A DNA stretch of 42,843 nucleotides from Flavobacteriales bacterium (lineage in GTDB: Bacteria > Bacteroidota > Bacteroidia > CAIKAF01), in NCBI GenBank assembly GCA_044345355.1, contig JBIJBG010000002.1, positions 1 through 42,843 on the forward strand. The letters are read 5' to 3'. A program made the position numbers and the translations under genes. A model generated the notes under the pieces. That model was not told the origin of the DNA, made no database searches, and saw only the letters and a program-made list of their open reading frames with translations. Shown piece by piece: positions 35,101 through 41,100 of the stretch (position 1 is its first letter; each line of letters begins with the position of its first letter).

Positions 35101-36525
35101 GCCGGATACGGGAGCCGGACTCACCAGAATGGTGGCCGAAGGCGAATTTACCGACGGACAGCCTCCGTTGGTAACCACAGCACGATAGTAAGTAGTTGCC
35201 GAGAGATTAGTTGCCGTGTAGGTGGCATTTGTAGAAGTTCCCGTTGCATTGGAAAAAGAAGTGCCGTTCGCAGACGACTGCCACTGCACACTACCCGTAT
35301 GACCTGAAAGGGTGAGCAAGGTGCTGTTTGTGCCGGAAGTAACCGAATTGGCCCCGCTGATGGTGCCCGCTACGGAAGCCGTACTTACCGTTACCGCTCC
35401 GGACACATTACTGGTCTGACTTCCGTTAGAACTTGTAACAGCACAATAATAATACCTGGTCCCCGCCACATCTGTGGGCGGCGTGTAGCTTGCCGATTGC
35501 GCTCCGCTGATGAGAGTTCCACTACTGTTTGATGCCGTGATATTGCTGTACCATTGATAGGTAATGGAGGTGCCCGTAGCTGTAACGGATAATGCAGTAG
35601 ATGAACCGTTTATACAGAGATTTTGGGCGACAGTAGATGGGTGACTCGAAATTACCCCTGTGTATGTAAACGTACCCGAAGATGTAAAAGTGTGCACCCG
35701 ATATCCTCCATAAGATGTCTCATCACCTCCACTTGCCAAATCTACCGAACTTGCATAACGTATTACCACAATGCCGCTTCCTCCTGATTGGCCAGTTACT
35801 GTAGTTGAACCGGCTCCACCGCCACCGCCATTTCCAGTATTATTTGCCCCAGACGATCCTGGTGTATTGGTTCCAGAACTACTTTGAAATCCTCCTTTTC
35901 CGCCAGCACCATAAGTTTGGTTAGATCCAGTCCTAAGTGAATTAGAAATACCAGAACCACCGGACCCACCTGATGTGATACTGCCATTACCTCCATTACC
36001 TCCTGCACCTCCGCCACCACCTGCGCCAAATGAACCACCAGCACCCCCGTCATATCCTCCTCCTCCCCTGTATGCAACGCTACCACTAGTTGTATTAGTA
36101 GTATAGTGATGAGAGCCTCCCGCATATGCAGAACTATTAGGTGCTGTTAATGTTGTCCCACTCCTGTAGCCACCTCGCCCTCCGCCTACTGATTCAATGG
36201 AATTAAAACTTGAATTTCCGCCATTATTGTTTGACGAACCGCCAGAGCCTACAGTGACAGAATAATTACCAGAACTGATTGTAGTACTCCCGGTTCTTAC
36301 CTGACCACCGCTTCCTCCTCCAGAAGTTCTGTCACTTCCACCACCACCACCTCCTCCTCCTCCAACTATTAAATAGTCTACAGTTATTTGGGCCGAGGCT
36401 TCTCTGACTCCCGAACCTAACAGCAGGAAACCTAAGAGAATTACGAAAAGCTTGCGAAAAAAAGAACCTGCAGAATACAAAGAAAGTGCACGGGAACACC
36501 CATGGATAGAGACAGTCTTAAGCAT
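32128..36525 (-). CDS. Giant T9SS-sorted surface protein: glycine-rich domain, Ig-like repeats, C-type lectin domain, more Ig-like repeats, conserved pre-CTD cassette, T9SS type A C-terminal domain
   Basis: Uninterrupted 4.4-kb ORF. The signal peptide FFRKLFVILLGFLLLGSGVREASAQ is reached from ATG 36525; an alternative ATG at 36651 adds 42 aa. The Gly-rich block runs IVGGGGGGGGG...GGSGIVVIRY. Repeated modules read ...YQWQ/WES...YYR/YYC...C. The CTLD is listed separately. The C-terminus ILYPNPNKGIAWL...GMYIIRT...VLFVKE has the T9SS CTD pattern. Confidence 0.85.
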   Translation of the reverse strand: MLKTVSIHGCSRALSLYSAGSFFRKLFVILLGFLLLGSGVREASAQITVDYLIVGGGGGGGGGSDRTSGGGSGGQVRTGSTTISSGNYSVTVGSGGSSNNNGGNSSFNSIESVGGGRGGYRSGTTLTAPNSSAYAGGSHHYTTNTTSGSVAYRGGGGYDGGAGGSFGAGGGGGAGGNGGNGSITSGGSGGSGISNSLRTGSNQTYGAGGKGGFQSSSGTNTPGSSGANNTGNGGGGGAGSTTVTGQSGGSGIVVIRYASSVDLASGGDETSYGGYRVHTFTSSGTFTYTGVISSHPSTVAQNLCINGSSTALSVTATGTSITYQWYSNITASNSSGTLISGAQSASYTPPTDVAGTRYYYCAVTSSNGSQTSNVSGAVTVSTASVAGTISGANSVTSGTNSTLLTLSGHTGSVQWQSSANGTSFSNATGTSTNATYTATNLSATTYYRAVVTNGGCPSVNSPSATILVSPAPVSGTTMSISGTGTQLSVTNNVATVVDGALTVTGNGTISGFSVSITENYTSGDILDYTGALPSGVTAAPFNTTSRSLVFTGSAGTADWQALLRTVRLKTSAVTCNPETRRITFSASTNFYNYFNGHYYEYYPTVQSWTSAKAFAASKTFFGRQGYLVTISSAAENAFVSSLINHDTWIGCSDNAGQINGAVGYTKYSSQSNAEGRWHWITGPEKGVQIRTGNASTAEKPGSGVSGVYQNWNLGGQYANNEPNDVWSTGTPGQEDYGHLWANSGKWNDFPNNGRACIIEYGDMPGDNPTGTLDYSRSVLVLGSTSGNISGGTTVCSGDNATLTLNGSSGSVARWESSPDNFLITGNIQTISNTTDSLGLSNLSTTAYYRAIMVNGACTLATNSQSVAVTEINAGVVTANSNQVCANSNAQLTLGGYTGSVQKWQRATDTTSTITDIASTSASLSNLLTSAGTYYFRCQVGSATCSTAAKLTGWYPVNVVAGGAPTGGTVSTNYHCGVNNSGVLQLTGSTGATYQWQRSTDGGTTWNNISSATQPAYSYQNITTNTKFRVNVSNGACGSATSSVGAVELYGTNICQWTGAVNSSWTNSGNWCAGIAADAGRAMDVSADAANEPVLDMDRTVGTLTFNFGSKKINLGNFNLTVSQIVGADSLNYVKTAGTGRLKANIPGSSGLFTFAVGRSSYNPVTITNKNVDSDVFSVRVFDEVLENGTSGSPIQTPHVQRTWDIDKTNPANTGGVDFEFGWRMLQQSAAMSGYFLNHYEAGSGWQLPAVTTINQTAVVLDSIKTLPFYGYTGTFSPFAIGGSGVSPLPVKLISFDVTCEEGMPRFEWTTASEINNSHFDLEQSADLITWEKAARIEGNGNSNQLTDYTYTLEEFRESRGRYFRLHQYDYNGDSEAHPSVHLGGECEAGGIQPILYPNPNKGIAWLSGSRAGAEWELIDLRGTVLAKFRADASGRLAIQFTGDAGMYIIRTNEGGSVRSVLFVKE
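32406..32716 (-). repeat. Copy 1 of the high-identity paralogous segment shared by the two giant genes
   Basis: It aligns with 38433-38746 (one 3-nt indel). It includes a 37-nt identical run (32406-32442 = 38433-38469) and a ~130-nt stretch with ~11 mismatches by hand alignment. Confidence 0.85.
34235..34760 (-). other. Canonical C-type lectin-like domain within the giant protein, retaining EPN and WND Ca2+/sugar-binding motifs
   Basis: WTSAKAFAASKTFFGRQGYLVTISSAAENAFVSSL...WIGCSD...GRWHWITG...YQNWN...NNEPND...EDYGHLW..GKWNDF....RACIIEYG. EPN is encoded at 34357-34365 and WND at 34282-34290 (minus strand). Confidence 0.7.
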
Positions 36526-36752
36526 GTAGAGAAAATAAAGATTACGAACACACAAACATAACTCAGTAATCTTCCAAAACCCGCCAACCATACCCTTCAG
36601 TCTATCCACTTGTACGAAGCGGTGGACATACCGTTTGTCCAAAATAGTCATTATGAGAAAAAAATGAGATTAATATATCTTTATTATCAGATATATGAAC
36701 TATTTAAAAATAATAGTATAGTTTGGAAGAAAAGAAGATTGCCGTCGAAAAA

Positions 36753-37979
36753 TCAGGAAGAAAAATACTCCTTCGGGCTGCAGCCCTTATGCTTCCGAAA
36801 AGCCTGATAGAATCCTGATGTGGTATTAAAACCGCATTTAAATGCCTGTCCTTCAATGGTGGTAGATGAATTTAATGTAGGGTAATCGCGCAAAAAGGCC
36901 TCTACCCGGTATCCGTTTATCCAGTCGCGAAAAGATACTCCTCTGAATTTGTTCAGGCAAAAGGAAAGATGATGAACGGGAACACCCAATTCCGAAGCCA
37001 CGGATGCCACATGCACTTCCCCGCTCCGGTAAAGGGCCTTCTCCGCCATAAGGGCTTCCGCCTTGGCCAGGAGGGCTTCCGCCTGAACCACATCCATCAC
37101 CTCACGTTTTGATACTTCAGCCGTATCAGCATGTTTATAAACCTCTATTTCGGCCACATTGTCCGGAAAAGGAATACCTGCCGCCTGAAAGGAATCGGAC
37201 CGGCTTTCTGCACCATAACGATACCCCAAAACAAACGAAGAAAGAATTTCGGGATGCTGAAAAATGAAGAATAAAAACAGGGACAGCAGGAGGATGTTTA
37301 AAACCAAAATGCCCTTATACAGTACAGGACCGGGAGTGAAAACCCAATACGACAAGCCGTTTGCCGCAATCTGCACGACGACTAAAATCTGAGAGAGAAG
37401 AAACATGATCAAAATGAAAGTCACCCACATGCGGACATATTTGGTTTCCGGACGGCGGTCACGGAAAAAATCCGATTGCCTTGCCAGGATATAAATCCAG
37501 CCCAGGTAAATAAACTGCAGAACAGGCTTCACGAAATAACCGGTATAATGGGAAAGGGGGCCCGAAAAACGGGTAAAAAACAGCGAAGGCTGAAAATCAC
37601 CGATTCCCACATCCTCCAGCCAATATTGGTAACCTTTCAGGTACCAGGGAAGCACTTCAAGCAGACCCAAAAAGGCCGGTAAAAAATGAATCACATCCCT
37701 CCGGCTAAACCCTATATCAGGCCTCACCAGACTCCTCAGATAGAAAAAAAGCAACGCCGGACTTAAATAGTACAAGGGCCCGGATACTTTGAGCAGATAC
37801 GGATAGTCAACCAGCAACCCCGCAGCGGCCATCAGATAAAGCACATTGAGGCTTACCCGATTCATAATCATGATGCCGAGTATATGCTCTGAAGCACATT
37901 TAGGTCCACGCAACAGCAACACCCTCATTCCGATAAAAAAGAGGACGATGGTTATGGAAGCAAGAATGTAATGAATCAT
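36753..37979 (-). CDS. AraC-family transcriptional regulator fused to an N-terminal polytopic membrane domain
   Basis: The first ~260 aa contain ~7 hydrophobic segments. The C-terminal ~100 aa carry the AraC HTH pair (VASVASELGVPVHHLSFCLNKFRGVSFRDWINGYRVEAF...IEGQAFKCGFNTTSGFYQAFRKHKGCSPKEY). Confidence 0.8.
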   Translation of the reverse strand: MIHYILASITIVLFFIGMRVLLLRGPKCASEHILGIMIMNRVSLNVLYLMAAAGLLVDYPYLLKVSGPLYYLSPALLFFYLRSLVRPDIGFSRRDVIHFLPAFLGLLEVLPWYLKGYQYWLEDVGIGDFQPSLFFTRFSGPLSHYTGYFVKPVLQFIYLGWIYILARQSDFFRDRRPETKYVRMWVTFILIMFLLSQILVVVQIAANGLSYWVFTPGPVLYKGILVLNILLLSLFLFFIFQHPEILSSFVLGYRYGAESRSDSFQAAGIPFPDNVAEIEVYKHADTAEVSKREVMDVVQAEALLAKAEALMAEKALYRSGEVHVASVASELGVPVHHLSFCLNKFRGVSFRDWINGYRVEAFLRDYPTLNSSTTIEGQAFKCGFNTTSGFYQAFRKHKGCSPKEYFSS

Positions 37980-38034
37980 GAGAGGACCTAAATCAAAGCA
38001 AAAATAAACTTAATGGAATACAAAAGCTGTTTTA

Positions 38035-38075
38035 CGAAAAAATGAGGGGCAACCGGTCTGATGACCATTGCCCCT
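38035..38075 (-). terminator. Rho-independent terminator downstream of the second giant gene
   Basis: AGGGGCAA 38045-52 pairs with TTGCCCCT 38068-75 (8-bp stem, 15-nt loop). The minus strand continues CAUUUUUU. A T-run is also present on the plus strand. Confidence 0.55.
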
Positions 38076-38148
38076 TTTTGCATGAAAATAAGTCTTGCAG
38101 ATGCCTGCCTCAGGGCAGATAGCAAAAGTTACCGGGAACAAAAAAGCG

Positions 38149-41100
38149 TTACATCCCGCGGATGACGATTTTCTTCAGGATGGATTCTCCCTGATATACG
38201 GAACGCAGAAAATACATCCCGTCAGGCAACTCCGGCGCAAACCAGATATTTCCGTCCGAATCGGCTTTGCGGCTGAACAGGATACGACCTGAAGCATCCG
38301 TCAGGTGCCACTCCGAACCCGCTACGGCACCGGACACCGTGAACGGCCCTTCCGACGGATTGGGGTAAACGGAAACAGATCCGCCCGCACCCAGGCAATC
38401 TTCATTCAGATACACCGAAAAATGGGCCTCGGAATCTCCGTTGTAATCATACTGATGCAGACGGAAATAACGGCCTGAAGACGCTCTGAAATCTTCCAAT
38501 GTATACCCATAACTTATCAGCTGGTTGCTGTTGCCGTTGCCCTCTATACGGGCGGCTTTTTCCCAGGTAATCAGATCGGATGACTGCTCCAGATCAAAGT
38601 GGCTGTTGTTGATTTCGGAGGCGGTAGTCCATACAAATCGCGGCTTACCACCCTCCTCACAGGTTACCTCGAAATCAAGCAGAGTCACGGGTAACGGACT
38701 TACCGAGCTGTTGCCGATGGCAAAGGGTGAAAAAGTGCCCGTATATGAACTGTGGGTGAGTGTTTTGGTAACTGTACCCGTTGGGGCAGAGGAAACCCCG
38801 GCCGCAATTTCCCAGTTAGAATTCGTAAAGTGGTTCAATTGATAAACACTCATGTTATCGGTTTCCTGAGCGCTGTTCCACGTAAATTCAAAATCTACTC
38901 CCGCCCCTGCGTTGACCGTCTGTTTGTTAATAGCCCAAGTGGCATTTACGCGTGGCGTGGTCAATTCAACCCCGGAGGTACCGGTAAGGTAAACGGCATC
39001 GAGCACACGGACGTTGAATTCATCGGCGGCACCGGTATTGTTGGTAATCGTAACGGGGTTATAATTCGAATTTCCCACGGGGAAAAGAAGTGCGGCATTA
39101 TCGGATACAATTCTGCTGACGGAGCCCGTTCCATTAGTTTGGAAATAATTGGCGGGAGAGCCGAGGTTTATGGCAGAAATGGCACTGCCCAGGGTAATAT
39201 TATTTGCCCCTAAAACCGGTTTTCCGCCTAAGGTTAATTCACCCGAAGTTAGGAAGCTCATATTGTCCTGCAGGTTGAAGGCATTGGTGCTGATGGCGCC
39301 CGTCTGGCTGTTGCTTCCGATTTGGATATTGGAAAAGCCGTCGGTAAAGTTAGCCGAAAAATAGGTAGCCGGCAATTGCAGCGTTCCGGTTGCTCCGGCC
39401 ATACCGATGGTGTTTGATGGAGTTTGAGCGGTAACAATTAGTTGACCCGATGAGGAAACGGTTATTCCCGAAGAAAATGTCAGGGTGTTTGCTTGCAGGG
39501 TCATGTTTCCGCCGGTGGCCGAATTGATGCTTTGCCCTAAACTTAACGTACTTCCGTGTATGGAAACCGGGCCATTGACCGTCAAACTATTTCCCGTGTA
39601 ATTAAAAGCAGTGCTATTGCAATTAGCACATGGATTGATATCAACGACTGCCGTATTAGAAGGATTTCCGATGGTTAAGGCAGATTTGTTTTGAAACAGC
39701 GCGATCCAGCGCAGGTTTAAAGGGTGTGTTGAACTTGCACCACCACGGAAGGTCAGAGCTCCGGTGCCGTAAAATTCAGGATAAACAACACCCGAAGATG
39801 TGTTCCAGTTGAATGTGGCAGCTTCCATAGAAACATTTCCTGTGCCGCCATCAATGGTAAGCCAGTCAATATCAAGTTCCCCTACATTGTTGCCGTCGGC
39901 ATCGGCATTGATTGCAATATTGCCCCCGCCTGTAGTCATGATTCTTCCGCGGCTGGTTCCTGAATTGGCCGCGGTTGTAAAGCCGCTTTTTGCCAACAGT
40001 GAAACATTGCCACCTGCTGCCGTTGTAAACAACTCTACACCCACAGCCAGACTGATGTTTCCACCATACATGGTCATGGGTCCTGCTGTTGTGGTGGAGG
40101 CGGTAACCGAAATATTGGCCGTATTGGTGGTTTTGCCGATGGTCAGTCCGCCAATACTGGATGACACGGTGAAACCCGGAATTGGGTAACTTACGGCAGA
40201 GGTAAAGCTGCTTGAATTGGGCTGAATTACCAGCGTACCTGCACCGCTATAACTGCTGCTGGATGTGGCGGGAACATCCCGTTGCAGAATAAGCCTGCCT
40301 GCGTTGATGGTTGAAGCGCCGGTATAGGTGTTTAAGCCGGTAAGGGTAAGATCGCCACTGCCTGATTTGCTTAGGGTGCCTGTTCCACTGACAATACCGG
40401 TATAGGATGATGAATCGCTGCGGTTAAAGGAAAGGGTTCCGTAGTTGATGATATTTCCTGTCATAGAGCCGCTAGTGCTACCAGAGCCAATAATCAGACT
40501 CTTATTCAGGTCAATGGTCGTGTTTCCTGTATAAGTGTTGGTGCCGGTTAGGGTGATGGCTGCGCCTACCTGCAACACTTCTTCCGTTCCGCTCATGTTG
40601 CTGGAAATCGTGTGCGCAGTAGTGCGGTTCAAAATAACCAGGCCATTATTAACCACGGTGCTTGATGATGGGAAGCTTGAACTGGCATCGGTTATTTCCT
40701 GTGTTCCTTTGGATGTGTAGCTGTAGGTGTTTGGACTTGTGACATTCGTTATGGTATTGCTAAGGGAGGTATTGCCCGTATAGGTTAGTGCACCGGTGAA
40801 ATTTACTTTCCCTGACATGTACACTTTGCTGATGCCGTATCCGCTGCCACCTGATGAGGTTGCTAATCCCATAGCCGTGCTTCCGGTTGACATATCTGCA
40901 CCCAAAGTATTTCCATTTCTATAAGCAGCACCGCCATAAATTGATGTGTTACCCCTGATTTGTACATTGGTACCGGATTGTGTTAATTGAGCAAATACGG
41001 ATTTTGTATATGTTCCATCGTATTGTTGAAATTGAAGTGTGGCCGAATTGGTAGCAGCGTTATAGGATTTGACATACGCAGCGGCATTTAGTGTGCCTCC

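Noticed and set aside
35796-36125. 109-aa alternative-frame ORF and GGT/GGA/CCA-type triplet runs near 35.8-36.4 kb that could be mistaken for a tandem repeat or CRISPR-like array
   Set aside because: The periodicity is the coding of poly-Gly/Ser in the glycine-rich domain of the giant gene. There are no spacer-repeat units of constant length.
11585-36525. Diversity-generating retroelement hypothesis. An Avd-like four-helix-bundle gene (11585-11977) and a C-type-lectin-containing giant protein (CTLD at 34235-34760) occur in the same window.
   Set aside because: There is no reverse transcriptase ORF anywhere in the window. I could find no template/variable repeat pair. The lectin domain is the canonical animal-type CTLD located mid-protein, not a C-terminal DGR-type variable region. 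The two genes are also 20 kb apart in unrelated contexts.
36673-36696. AT-only hairpin ATATATCT-ttattatc-AGATATAT downstream of the AraC gene, as a possible terminator or invertible-promoter repeat
   Set aside because: The stem is 8 bp of A/T only, the T-run is displaced by ~10 nt, and there is no second distant inverted repeat that would define an invertible segment. It is too weak to call.
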